A stretch of DNA of 64,000 bases, from contig NMRA01000036.1 in assembly GCA_002633005.1 (NCBI GenBank), forward strand, positions 570,832-634,831. The letters are read 5' to 3'. Source of the stretch: Phoronis australis. Lineage: Eukaryota; Animalia; Phoronida. Position numbers and translations under genes: made by a program. Shown piece by piece: positions 1 through 12,403 of this stretch. The notes beneath the pieces were generated by a model. That model saw nothing but the letters and a program-made list of their open reading frames with translations. It searched no databases and was not told where the DNA came from. The stretch's first letter is position 1, and each line of letters begins with the position of its first letter.

Positions 1-530
1 ACAGTTTTTAGAAAATTCAAGTTTTCCACACATGAAAGAATCCAGTTTTTTGAAAAACTTAAGAAGTCAGGAAAACTTAAGTTTCTATAATTGGAAAAAC
101 TAAAGTTTTCGAAAAACTTAAGAAGTCAGGAAAACTTAAGTTTTTAAAATTACAAAAACTTAAGTTTTGAGATAAACTTAAGTTATCAGAAAAACTTAAG
201 TTTTGTTAGTTCAAAAAACTTAAGTTTTCATGAAAACTTAAGTTATTACTTGAAACTTAAGTTTATTTGTGAAAACTTAAGTTTTACACCTGAAAAAACT
301 TAAGTTTTCTGAAAAACTTAAGTTTTCTGAAAAACTTAACATTGTGCTGAAAAACTTAAGTTTTTGGCGAAAAACTTAAGTTTTAAAAACTTAAGTTTCT
401 TTTAAAAACTTAAGTTTTTCGGAAGAACTTAAGTTTTTCCTCTAAAACTTAAGTTATTTTCCAAAAACTTAAGTTTTTTCGCCAAAAACTTAAGTTTTCA
501 GCGAAAAACTTAAGTTCATTTTTGTAAGGG
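1..530. repeat. Array of roughly two dozen palindromic AAAACTTAAGTTTT units about 20 bp apart; probable right arm of a CACTA/EnSpm-like non-autonomous transposon, cut by the window edge
   Basis: The self-complementary 14-mer recurs with short variable linkers. The array ends in TTTTTGTAAGGG followed by TA, which reads CCCTTACAAAAA on the minus strand and resembles a TIR. Confidence 0.7.
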
Positions 531-541
531 TAAGTTGGAAT

Positions 542-562
542 GTACATACATACATACATACA
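542..562. repeat. (TACA)n microsatellite
   Basis: gtacatacatacatacataca. Confidence 0.9.
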
Positions 563-1003
563 TTCAAGCATTCATATTAGTCTCATGAACAGCTGGAAAA
601 TTAAAGTCAAAGCGTTTTAGTTGAAAAGATTCATTGTAAATATTCTAGCTACTTCCACTGACTCCTGTTTGTGCAAGTCGAACTCTTACGAAGATAGATT
701 TTGAATTTAAATGATCGATAACAAATACCTGTGGGAAATCAACATATTTAGCATGGATTTCTTTAAGAACATCGATTTCCTTAATGGTAATCGTCAGTGA
801 CAGCACTCGGAAATCGAATGCGTGAAAACTGCTACGCAATACCTGTCAAAGGCGTCTCGCACGCTTAACTGAGTCACAGATCCACTCGATTCGCAGATTA
901 ATTTCGAAGATAAAAGCATTTCCACAATCTTGAATTATGATTTTTACTATTATCGGTATAAGTAATACAATAACAGTAACATTAGTTTTATCATTGTATT
1001 ACA

Positions 1004-1235
1004 ACAACCTAGGTGGCGCCAGATTCAAATTGTCCTCGTCCTGGAACGAAAGTATTGAGGCAGTTTCGAGATCCCACGTGACCAGAGTTCCCACGACTCA
1101 TCACAGTCAACATGTCATCGAAGGAGACGAGAGGTTTCCGAAGATGTAGGACATCAAAAAGGTAATCCAGCAGACCAGTTTCAACTATTCATATCATGAA
1201 CATTCCTGGATGGCTCAAGGTCTACATTCCATTAT
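1004..1235 (+). mobile_element. 3' remnant of a Penelope/Poseidon-type retroelement (end of GIY-YIG ORF plus pLTR tail)
   Basis: NLGGARFKLSSSWNESI resembles the LNRxxGxxxLSxxWN C-terminus of Poseidon endonucleases. The tail ...catgaacattcctggatggctcaaggtctacat resembles Poseidon pLTR ends. Confidence 0.5.
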
Positions 1236-1244
1236 TACATTATA

Positions 1245-1310
1245 TTATTATTACTATTACTGTTACTACTACTGCTACTGTTACTGCTACTGCTACTGTT
1301 ACTGTAACTG
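1245..1310. repeat. Degenerate (TAC/TGC/TGT)n microsatellite
   Basis: ttactattactgttactactactgctactgttactgctactgctactgttac. Confidence 0.85.
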
Positions 1311-2091
1311 ATGTTATTATTGTCATTATAATAAGCTAAAGTCATTGTCATAGGAATTGCCAGAGAGACATGTCCAGTAGTAATGCTATCCTGATGTCAT
1401 TAAATTATTACTTTTATAGTGCATGCAGTGGGCTTCACAGGGACTATGGAATGCTTACACAGCCAAGAATTTAAGCACTAGCCATAACATCGATAACATT
1501 ACAATGCAGTGTTAAAGGACATGACAAAACACCTATAAGGAGGACAAGAGAGACGTAACATACGGGCTTTGGATGCTATTGTTTAAGAGGCTGATCACAA
1601 CGTTGACAAGGAAGGTAAAACTTCACAGCATACTACACGGGCGGTGCACCCAAGGGGGCTGGGCAGGCCCGTAGCCAGCATTGAGCAGGGGGTGGTTCAA
1701 ATTTCTTGAACGGTGAACCTGTGATATTTTGCAAACGTCGACACTGTTCCGTTTTCATTAAGGCCCTCAATTGGTGCAGCTTAATCAAGGGGAAGGAAAA
1801 TTTGTATACACAACGATGACTCTCAGCTCTGTGTTTTTGAGTTGAGACGGAATTGACCTGACGCCAGAATTTTGAGTAACGGCTTAACTGACCATTTAAA
1901 ACGCAGCATTATTGACACATCCTCGTTTCCAAGCCGCCATTTTACCCGACAAACAACGAGTTGCCGGGTAAAACTTATTGTTTTTTAGTCCACATTACGC
2001 AAGGGGGCGGAGCTTGCGATAGGTCAAGTAGTAATACCAGAGATGAGGATGCCGTGGCGGTCGGTTGCTCGCAGCGAATGGCCACCCATTT

Positions 2092-2313
2092 AGTAACGCT
2101 AGAACCCCGCTAAAAAGCAAGTCTTCGCGAGATTACGTTAGATATTGACGTGTTTTTCAAATGAGAGTACGTCCGTGCGTTCAGTAGACGCTAAGACCTA
2201 CGCTAGAACCAAGCTAAAACCTAGTGTTAGTCACGTGTTCGCACTTAAAATACACGGCAATATCTCATGTAATCTCGCGAAGTCTTGCTTTTTAGCGAGG
2301 TCCTAGCGTTACT
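2092..2313. repeat. Imperfect inverted repeat with arms of about 65 bp
   Basis: agtaacgctagaaccccgctaaaaagcaagtcttcgcgagattac is answered by gtaatctcgcgaagtcttgctttttagcgaggtcctagcgttact. Confidence 0.85.
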
Positions 2314-3318
2314 GAACGGGAGGCGTGCTTTAGATAGATTTTAGCTAGGTCCAAGCGTTACTGTAACGCCTGCTTGGACTCAGTTCGGATGTAATCTGGT
2401 ACAAAAAGTTTTCGCGTTCCTGCCAAAGTTATCAGGCATGCTTAAATGACCGATTACACCTACTCGAACAGAAATATTTAGTAAGAGAATAACTTGACGA
2501 AATTTTTTATCTACTTATATTTTTTGCGTGTTACTTACGTTGCTTACGTCGTTGGAAATGGGAACAGCCCACTACTCACCAGTCGGTTCGCCATTACTAA
2601 GGTTCACTACGAACTTCGAATGTTCACTATACTGCGAAAAGGTCTAACTTTTTCAACTCATGTGTAATTTTTTCACTTTTACATGCAAAAATGAATGATA
2701 CTTCGGTTATTAGATACACTGAATGGTGTAGCTATACCGAAAATAACACCCGGATACTAAAATACTTTGTTTGGATTTAATGCGCATGCGAAATTTCCCG
2801 CATGTCTTACGAACACGGAAAATGAGAACGTTATTGCACTTTGAAAATATGGAGTGGGAGTATTGATGAATTATTAACCACGTTACATTCATCAAATCCC
2901 TGTCAAGGTCGCACCATTTCACAGCGCGATTGAAAAGTTTAGAGCCGCTGCACCGGAACCTCACCCAACGGAACCACTCACACGGGGCGGAATTAAATGT
3001 AGTTAGCAGGCTACCCTGTCACTGCCAGTCTTCACGAAGTCAGAGAGCCACATTCAGTCTTCTGACATTTAAAACCGCTGGTCGCCCCAGCCCTTACCCG
3101 TGCCCCAGATGTTGTCCATGCTTGAGAATGTGTCGTTAACTTAGATTCAAGAATCACGGATGGCAGTGATTGGAACTGAGGTCATTTGTAAACAATGAAA
3201 TCAATATATTAAGAACTAGTCAACTTATGCACACCCTTTAAATTGTTACTAAATGGACACAAATACAATACTTTATTCATTCTGCTACGACTCTTTAGCA
3301 GACAATCAGAGTATTGAA

Positions 3319-3530
3319 CCCTGTGGCTCAATAGTTTTAGGTCCGGACTCCTGTTTGGGAGATCTGTGTTCGAATCCTGACTTCACTGGCTGACTATCGA
3401 GTATCTGCACAAAGCTGTCTCCTACTCCTCTGAGCTGGGTCGTACTAGTGAATGTGTGTAAGGGTGTGAATTACAACCTTGATATAATGCAAAGCGACTG
3501 ATGGGGTTGTGCATATATTTAAGAAAAAAA
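3319..3530 (+). mobile_element. tRNA-derived SINE inserted in family A copy 1
   Basis: A-box-like TGGCTCAATAG, B-box GTTCGAATCC, and an L2-like tail ending in an A-run. Absent at the equivalent site of copy 3 (cagagtaatgaattgtcggag, about 29240). Confidence 0.8.
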
Positions 3531-3729
3531 TAGCTGTCGGAGTTCTGGTTTTGGAATTGTGGAGATTCGAAGTAGTGAACTTTCGAAGGTAGCGAACCTT
3601 CGGAGTAGTGGACCTTCGCAATAACGAAATTTCGGAATGGTATCTAACCTTGGAAATCTTTTCCATGAAGTTAGTTGCTTGTATGAATTAAGTCTGTGAG
3701 GCTGTGCATCATTGCCACTATTGGCAAGA

Positions 3730-6212
3730 CAGGACCGTAGGAAGCGGGGGGCCGGGGACCACGTGCCCCGGCCCCCCAAAATTTGCAGGCGGAAGGGTGA
3801 CAACCAACATAGGCGTGGGGCTGGGTACATTCGAGAAAAGAAAGATTGCGAAACAGAGAGACGAGAGAAAATTCAAGAGAGCATTTGAAAACTCAGTATC
3901 ACTTTGAGGGCCCTGGCCAGGACATTGTCGTTTGGTATCCGTTTTTGCAGCATGGGTTGTCTAAACAAACTTGAAAACGTGCACTTATTTCGAAAAATCG
4001 AGAAAATTTGTGCTGCAAAACTGTGTTTTTCCGGAAGCCCCATTCTAGAAAGGGATAATGGAGACAACTGTGGTTCTATTTTTTCGTGTTTTTTTTTCTC
4101 GAAATTATATATCACTTGATAAAAATTGATGACCTGACAGACAACATCAATTGCTGCGCATTCCTGATTTTAGAAAACTAATATAGAGATTTTCAAATTT
4201 AAGGGCCCAGATGACATTCAAGTTGCCACCATTTTCGTGTTTTCCTTGACGAACTCTTAAGGGACCGCTCACGGAGAGAGCGTTCAATGTTGGAATCGAT
4301 TACCTCTGTTTTCATTTTTTGTGAAAACGTACAACCGGTTTTCATGTTGATGAAGGTCATTTCTAGCAGGGTCACACGACGATGGAATGAACTTCAGTCA
4401 CTCTTTTCCAAGCTTAATGATGTTTAGCCTTTCATTTTAAGGTGTCCTATTTCATACGGGGCCCTCTCTTTCCTTTGTCCCCCTATAAATGTAAATCCGA
4501 CTCTGCCAAGTATTTACGATGGGAGCTGAGATTCCAAATTCATCAAAAAACACAAAACATTCGTGAAAAGCACAGCAGTATCAAGACATTCGATCCAAAC
4601 AACCAAAAATGTAAAAAATGCAATAGGATTGACCGCCATCGAAACGGTGGAATTACGAGGAACGTGAGGACCCCTATTTGTAAATTACACAAAATGACTA
4701 TTTCCGATGGTTACTTTTTCCCATAGTATCATAAGAATATTACTTATTTTGAAGATCGTTTCTAGGAATTGTTTGTAAGGAATTCGTACATGTCGAAAAG
4801 ACTGCCGAGGTTACGATTTGTGAACGAACATGGTACTCAAAGTACTCGAAACCATAAACAAAGATTTCAGCCTCGTTTTTTGGAGTTCACGTTTAAGTCT
4901 TGAACCGTTATAGGTACCTCTGAAATGAGCAAAAAGACACCTTATTGCGAATGCCCCAGCTCCCATGTTCCTCCGGCTACCCGTCAACAATCTGCGAGCA
5001 TGCCTGCGGAAATTGCTTTCGACATTCCGTTTTGATAAACAAAATTTGTTGGTTTCTGATTTACGGGATTAACAAGTTTATGTATCTACGAAAATTTACT
5101 GATTGATAGGTGATTTTTTGACAATTAGAAGCTAATCTTGTAAGAAATTACAATGCTTCACACAACCTAGTTGCAGGCTGACATTGGGAAAAGTCGATAT
5201 ATCATCAGATCACTAAATAGCAAAGCACACTAAGCGATTTTTGTCTATCTGAAATAAGTCTCAGTGATATTTTTGAGCGTCGCAAACAGTCCTCGCAATT
5301 CAAATGACAATAAAATGTTTATTGACTCAGGAACTAGATTAGTGGTTTGAATCCACGAACCGAAACAGAAGTTTGAGTCTTTAAATAAATCAAATTAAAC
5401 TCATTCCTCATTAACTTGGAAAGTTTGTCTTTGCACTTCCTTGATGTTTTTAGTTTCCAGTAGTACTGCGCAGTGGATTTTTGATCTTCAAAGCTGAATC
5501 GTTGGCTTGTCATTTCCGAGAACATGAAAGACGGAGCCCATCATTGCTGGCGCACCCACGTTCAAAATAAGGTATAACCATGCAGCAGGCCCGCGCAGAA
5601 TATCAGTGATCCACTGGAATTGAATTTGAACTCCAGGCGTTGAAGTGCGTACATTTTTGGAACACACTCTGTATCATTTTCCTCTGGCACCAGAAACTGG
5701 ACACTGAACCAGAGACTTTGGGACATCACCTTTTCAAAAAATCCTTCAAAGAATAACCATAATAAAAAGCACTTTTTCCGAAACTGGATCATAACGAATC
5801 CTGACCTTAGAGCCGACGCAGACGGATAGGTACGAGCTAAGCTGTCTGTCTCAAGTGAATTATAGCTGAATTGACTAGCAACTGACTTAGTTCATCGATT
5901 TTAGCATTTTCACACGGTTAGATCTCAACTACAGTAGTACCTGAGGCAGCTCTCAACTACCGTCAGTGCGCTGACCCTAGACTCATTCTTACTCCCCGTG
6001 AAACTTTGTTGTAATCAAATCTTGATGGCTGCATCGGAATTACCCCCCACCTATGGCGGACATGGGGGTTCTTTACAAGTATGTACAAGTATGGTGGCAT
6101 CCGGAGACCGGGGGTGGGGTGGTTGAGGCGCAGGTGGTGACGGTAGGAAGTGGGTTGGCGAAGTCGATGTGGTTTGTGCACCCCCAATAATTTTTACCTT
6201 CCTACGGGCCTG
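3730..6212 (+). mobile_element. Non-autonomous DNA transposon B (hAT5-like, 5-bp TSD) nested in family A copy 1
   Basis: TIRs CAGGACCGTAGGAAG / CTTCCTACGGGCCTG, with exact TSD CAAGA at 3725-3729 and 6213-6217. The empty site is visible in copy 2 (about 9135) and copy 3 (about 29445). Confidence 0.9.
4521..4964. mobile_element. Putative ISL2EU/Harbinger-related MITE with an AT target duplication
   Basis: Termini GGGAGCTG...CAGCTCCC, each flanked by AT (4519-4520 and 4965-4966). The perfect match is only 8 bp. Confidence 0.4.
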
Positions 6213-7534
6213 CAAGAGTAGTCTATCTTCATTGACCAAAGTTTTTATTGGGTATTGACCTACTTTTCCCTAAAAACGTGAGCACGCGCGTCAGTGTTTT
6301 CTTAGAGCAAGCAAACACGGTTATAGTTTACTTCTGGTTTTTGAGCAACGACGGAGGGCTGCTTACTGTCGGTTTCTACTGAATTTTAAAGGACGCAAAC
6401 GCACGCACGTATACACGCATACATGTCAATCCACCAATCTACAATCAAAGTGGACACTGGATGAAAAACATGCCTGTGTTTGACGAACACTTTCAATTAC
6501 AAATTTGTAAACGCCGACCCTTTACCGTACTATGCTAGCAAGCAATATAAGATAAACCTATTTTCTCCTGTTTTATTTCTTGGTCGATTTTAAGGCATTC
6601 ACACTGCACTGCTTTTTGAGAGCTCTCTAGCTGCTATATAGCTTAGCTGGTATAGACATTTACTTCTAGACTCATGATAGCCTACGGTGTAACCACCACG
6701 TGAGTTCAATGCCGATGAGTAACATAAAGTCTTCTCTAATCGTCTGGATGATCCTGTCATCTACGTAAAAACCCTCGGGCGAAGTTGGCCGGGTACGGCC
6801 CGATGATTACGTGAAGCGCTTTGTTGAATCAGAAGCAAATTAAAAATTATCACTAGCTCAGTTATCATTGTAGTTAGTTGTTCCAGTACCTGCAGCAGCC
6901 TAGGCTGTAGCTGGACCTTTTCCGCGGAGTGGAGGTTCAATAGAACCCCTTGAACCCCCCCCCCTCCCGGCCACGGGCCTGCTGGGGGGCTGCCCCCATT
7001 TTTTCAGTGCTGCGCCGTCCATAGTCTATTCGCGGTGCACTACAGCGTGGCTGAGGGTCTATATTCCCCCAATTTTCTTTCAGTACTGCGCCACCCATGC
7101 ACTAGTGTACTTAAAACAAAAGAGATTCGTTGTCATGAATACTTAAATTTGAAAGTCTGGCGCCAAAGTGTCTAGTACGTGCTGGCAACACAGGTTAGTT
7201 GCCTGTCGTGGTTACAAAGCGAGACAATCTGTGCCGCATTCACGCGGTGGCTAAGTGATTAATTTGCCAGGGCTTCCTCTGACAGAGAGCCTCTCCGAAA
7301 AGGGCCCTCTCATGTAGTAGAATTTATTATATAATTATAAAAAGGAAAATTGTGCCACTTGATTTCATCATCGGTGCCTCGTTTCATAGTGTGAGCTTTA
7401 CAAGATAGGGTATATTGCTTCACAAAAATAGGAATTGAGTAGCAGTTGACAATAGGATCGGAGGCCCTTAATACTATCGTTTCAAAATGCAAAAACAGCG
7501 TTTAACGATGCTATCATCGCAGCCACCTCCACCA

Positions 7535-7860
7535 GGAGACCTGAACGGTTATGAAGGTTTTGCTAAAGTCAGACAAAACTATTGAGTATTACAAATTCAG
7601 GTTGTATATCCATGTCTGTAAAACAGGATATCGCGTCTTGTGTATCTGCAATGCACAAGAAATCTGAAAATTGGTTGGCTATAAAACTACGATTTGTTAA
7701 AGATGAGCAGCCAATTACTGTATGTAATGTTCATGTACTAGCAATTAACTCAAAGTATGCCCACGAATCTATTTTTGAAAAGTTGGAAAACTTTGTACTA
7801 ACTGTAAAACAAGGGATCCCCAGTGTAATTTTTTAATGCACTCATAGCTGAGCTTGACTT
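7535..7860 (+). pseudogene. Degenerate apurinic-type (APE) endonuclease fragment of a non-LTR retrotransposon
   Basis: DLNGYEGFAKVR then, after a frameshift, NSGCISMSVK..ENWLAIKL..ITVCNVHV..NSKY..IFEKLE..FNA. This follows the GY..R..SGG..W+KL..+CxVY..GDFNA pattern of LINE ORF2 endonucleases. Confidence 0.65.
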
Positions 7861-8114
7861 AATTCCGACAACGATATTAATTTAATTGCAATGAGTTTGA
7901 ACTCTTGGGATATGGATACAGTGTTGTTACAAAACGTTATTCTGAAGATGATTACAACCAGAATGGTTTAGAATTGCTGTTGTTATGCAAGTCAGCACAG
8001 TTGCATATACACATGCAAATGGAAGCGCTGGTAGCGATGAGGCTATAGGTTGTCGCGTGTACAGGTACAATAATAATGGTCACATGGCTATAAATAATGT
8101 CATTGTGTCTCAAC

Positions 8115-8330
8115 CTTATTATGCATATGTGGGTGCATATTCCCTTCACCTTTGGCAGGTCGTCTGGCGTCCGTCGTTCGGTGTGTACTGCTGTATCTCC
8201 TAAACCTCTTGCAGGATCTACCTGAGAGTTCGCACGTGTTCCTACGAAGGTGACGACAGATGACGGCGACTTTAAATCGATCCAACTACCGATGTGTCCC
8301 CTAGTGACAATTTCGCTTTATTACGTTTGC
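8115..8330 (+). mobile_element. Helentron/HINE-like short element related to 10910-11650 and 19440-19650
   Basis: Shares gtgggtgcatatt with 19446, and ctgtatctcct..acc..ttgcaggatc..cagatgacg with about 10950 and about 11390. Confidence 0.5.
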
Positions 8331-8428
8331 ATCTGCATCTTCGGAGCTCCTTGAAGGATTTCCATTATATTTGGTTAGTAAATATGCGTCTGTTAAAGTG
8401 GCACAAAACTAAAAAAACAGACTAAATT

Positions 8429-10130
8429 CAGGCTCGCAGCGGGGGGGGGGGAGTTCGGGGGGCTCGATTGAACCCCTCCCCCGATGAAAAGGCCCAACAC
8501 CAACATATCCGTTAAAGATAGGGTATAGGACAACAACAATTGTTGCAGCAACTGGTATTACTAACTACAATGAGAACTCAGTAATAATTTTGAATTTGCT
8601 TTTGATTCAAAGCGCTTCAGGTGGCATCGGGAAGTATTCGACCAACTTCGCCCGAGTGCCGATGTGTGTGTAGATGACAGGACCGTGCATGCGATAAGAG
8701 GAGGGTTTATGTTATTCACAAGCCACGCGCGTGGTGGCTACACCAAAGGGTAACAAAGGGGTCTAGAAGTGAATGTCTATACCGGCCAAGAAACAAAACA
8801 GCAGAAAATTGAGATTTACTGTTCTGCTATTTTAGTTTAATTGCAAGAAAATTTTTAATTGAAAGTGGTCGTCAGATATGTTATTTACCCAGTGTCCACT
8901 TTGATTGTGGATTGGTGGATTGACATCCATACGTGCACACGTGTGTGCGTTTCCGTTCTTTTAAATTCAGTGCGCGCTGACGGTAAGATCACTATAGGCA
9001 GTCCTCCGTCGTGCTCAAAAACCATACAGTCAACTACCGTGTTTTCTTGCAATGAGAATACCCCGTAGAGCATTTTGTATTTATCAGGTAAAAGTAGGCC
9101 TAGACCTCAACTTTGGTCAATGAAGAAAACGTTCTCTAGCCAATCAGAGTCAATGGTGCATAACCCTGCAGACTTCATATGAGCTACAAACTTGATGGAA
9201 AAGATTTTCAAGGTTACATGTTACCACGACGAAGGTTCAGTACTCCGAAGGTTCGCTACCTTCGAAAGTTCAATTCCTCGAATTTCCACAATTCCAAAAC
9301 CAGAACTCCGACTGTTCACTAGTCTGGTTGTCTGCTCACGGCTTATTTTCAAGCAGAGACAACTTCTGGGGCAAGGGTATTGTCTGCGGCGGCTTCAAAT
9401 TTAAGAAGACTGAATTTGACTCCCTGACTTTGTGAAGACTGGCAGGGACAGGATGACATACTAACCACATTTAGTTTCGACCCGGCCGTGGTGAGGTTCT
9501 TCCCTGGGTGAGGTTGAGGCCCAGCGACCCTAAACTCCTCAGTAGCGCTGCGTTGCGATCTTGACATAGATTTGATGAATGTGTCGTGGTTGATAATTCA
9601 TCAGTATTCCTATTTCATACCGTTTTAAAAATGCAAGTGCGTACTCATTTTAAGATATGCGGGCAATTCCACATGCACATGAAATCTGACCACCGTTTCT
9701 AGTTGTACTGGCCAGCTAGAGACGGTGGTCACTCTCTACATGAAGTCCAAACAAAGTGTTTTAGTACCTGGGCGTTGTTTTCGGTATAGGTGCATCTAAC
9801 TAATAACCAAAGTAACGTTTATTTTGCATGTAAAAGTATAAAAATTACACCTGAGTTTGAAAGTTTAGATATTTTCGGAGCATTGAGCCTTCGGAGTAAT
9901 GAAAGTTTGGAGTAGTGAACCTTTGAAATAGTGGGCTGTTCCCATTTCCAGCGATGAAAGCAACTTAAACAGCACGCAAAAATATACAAGTAGATAAAAA
10001 CTTTCGTCAATTCATTCGCCGTTCAAAGTTCATATTTCCGTCCGAGTATGGTTTATTTGAAATTTTGGCACGAGGTAATTCGAGAATGTTCTCTTTGTGG
10101 ATCACAATACATCCGAATTTGGGTCCCGTT
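8429..10130 (-). mobile_element. Family A, copy 2 (inverted, truncated, without the nested insertions)
   Basis: Begins with TIR-like CAGGCTCGCAGC. Its reverse complement aligns block by block to 6981-6218 and 3724-2380. Confidence 0.85.
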
Positions 10131-10909
10131 CTTTTGTGAGCAACCGTCACAGCATCCTCATTTCTGGTATTACATCTCATGAACATAGAGCTGAGAGTCA
10201 TCGTTGTGTATATAGATNCCCCCCTATGATTATGCTACGTCAAATGCCTTACCGAAAACTCTACAATGTCGACGTTGGCAAAAAATCAAAGGTCCACCGT
10301 TCTAGGAATTCGAACCACCTCCGCCTGAAATTGCATTATTCGAAGTGGTTCTCTGCCACTAAAATAAAAATTAAACAGTTCACCAGGTATTTTTACGGTT
10401 TGATCATACAGATTTTGAATGTCTATGGATGTCAAAGCACGTTTACTTTAGTTTCGAATTTCCAATACGATCCCCAATTGCTCGTTACTTCGTCAGTTGT
10501 CCTAAAAAAAGACAAACCTCGTCTTATTTGGATTGGCAAGCCACAGGCGTAGCACATTATGACCTTTGTCAGTGTTTCAAAAATAGTGAACCTGGCCAGT
10601 ATGTCCAGAAATTCTTGCAACATTCAAAGTTATCATCTTAAAGAAGTAGATTTGTCACGATCTGTTTAAAAGGTGTTTTTATGAGTACTTGCGTTCCAGG
10701 GCTTTGAGAAGACGACTATGCCGTTCGTCCTGTCTTCGGACGGGTTTACGTCACCTAACGGACATTTCTCATTATTTTCGAGTCCACTTTTAGCGTCCAC
10801 CCCTCTAAGTATCCGCCAGATTTTTTGAAAGATCATTAAAAAAATTGGAAGATGTGTTCCTACCCAGAAAACTATGGTGATGCTGATTTTCGCACGAACC
10901 TGACTGATA

Positions 10910-11650
10910 TTATGCCTCCTAGTATCAGTTGCGTTTTTGCATTCTCGGCTGTATCTCCTTAACCCTTTATAGGATGTTTGGTAAATTTGGCAAGTGTCCT
11001 CTTACGACGACAGATGACGACGAAATTCGAATGTATCTGACCCCTGCCGTGACCAATATTGACAATTTAATAGTTTTTTTTGTGTTTACCTTTGTATGTT
11101 CTGAGTTCCTTGACGGATTTTCATGAAACTGGACAGATAGGCTTCTATATAGAGAAATGACGAAATACCTTTATTTTTGGACGGATTCTGTGTATTCAGC
11201 GCCACCTAGTGACCATTGTTTATTATTTACGAGTCTGTTTTTTGGCAGCCCCCTCCCTATCTGCCAAAGCGCTGCAAGGATTATTATGAAAACTGTATTC
11301 CTGCTGAGAAGACCACGACTGACATTGGTTTTCGTACGTGTCTGACTACTACGGTGCCATCAAGTGGCAATTTTGTTTTCCATCCACAGTTGTATCTCCT
11401 GACCCGCTTGCAGGATCTTTGTGGAATATGGCAAGTGTTTTTCAATGAGTGTTACAGCAGATGACGATCACTTTCGGCCAGACCTGACTATCGAGCTTGT
11501 GCTTCCTACTCCTAATGGCAATTTAGATTTTTATTTTAAGTTTACCTCTGTATCTTTGGTGTTCATTGACAGAAGTTCATGAAACTAGGCAAATAGATTT
11601 TTATTAAGCATACAACACCGACTTAGATGTTTTCTGTGCCATTTAGTGAT
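10910..11650 (+). mobile_element. Helentron/HINE-like element with internal diverged repeats (about 150-bp subunits, about 440-bp higher-order period)
   Basis: 10949-11150 is repeated at 11391-11605 (tgtatctcct..ggcaagtgt..cagatgacga..tttacc..tgtat..ttcatgaaact). Confidence 0.55.
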
Positions 11651-12403
11651 TTATTATTTCAAGTCTATTTAGGGATCAGCCTATCAACTAAGGTGCAGCA
11701 TATAGGGGTCGTAAGTCACAGGGGCCCACAACAACAAGGCATATTTGAGAGAAAAATCTCCGCTTATGTTGCAAAATATGTGTTTTTCCTTGTGAACATC
11801 CGTAATTGTACTGTCAATTACAGCCTCACTAATAAACTAAAACCGGACACGACAGGAATCATTCGCCTGCGTGTTGTCTGCAAACACAAGCAAGGAAATT
11901 TCGAGGAAACCCCGAGTCGATAAGTGGGTTGATCGGGCTCGTTAGCAGATCAATGCAGATACAATGATTTGAAAAGGTTATGAATACCAATTTATGGTGT
12001 ATCGTATAACGTGCAACTTTTTAAAGGAAACCAACTGCCGTTGGATGACGGCACAGAATCGCGTGATTTCTTTGCACTCTCAATCAAGCTATCCCGGATA
12101 TAGTGGTAATTAAAATAGAACACTCAATAGCAAACCAATCGTTAATGAGGAAACCTTTGTTTCAGGTTTGACGTTCCGGTCAACACAAAGCCAGATACCA
12201 GCGCTATATTGGTGAGCGCGAGGTTGATGTGGAGGACACCACGTGACTTCATGGGCTTGTAGCGGTGGAACACTTTAATCAGGCGACTGTTCAGCACAAC
12301 GCTGGTTATACCTGACGGCAAAAAGGAGCAAATTATGTATGAATTTACTGTAGTTCCATTGTAATACCCAAGTGATTTGTTTAGCCTATTTTCATTTACT
12401 GAA

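Larger units (their letters stand above)
1664..6981 (+). mobile_element. Non-autonomous DNA transposon family A, copy 1 (hAT5-like, 5-bp TSD), carrying nested insertions
   Basis: TIRs CAGGCCCGTAGCC / GGCCACGGGCCTG, with exact 5-bp TSD CTGGG at 1659-1663 and 6982-6986. The internal sequence is homologous to 8429-10130 (minus strand) and 28903-29933. Confidence 0.85.
1636..7099 (+). mobile_element. Small hAT-like MITE split by the 1664-6981 insertion (outer host element)
   Basis: Left end CACGGGCGGTGCA at 1636 and right end TGCGCCACCCATG at 7087-7099. Flanks are TACTA/CACTA. Removing 1664-6986 restores a contiguous gggggctggggggctgccccc motif. Confidence 0.55.

Noticed and set aside
1-530. CRISPR-like array of palindromic repeats
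   Set aside because: Linkers are only about 4-8 bp and low complexity, there are no cas genes, and the context is eukaryotic.
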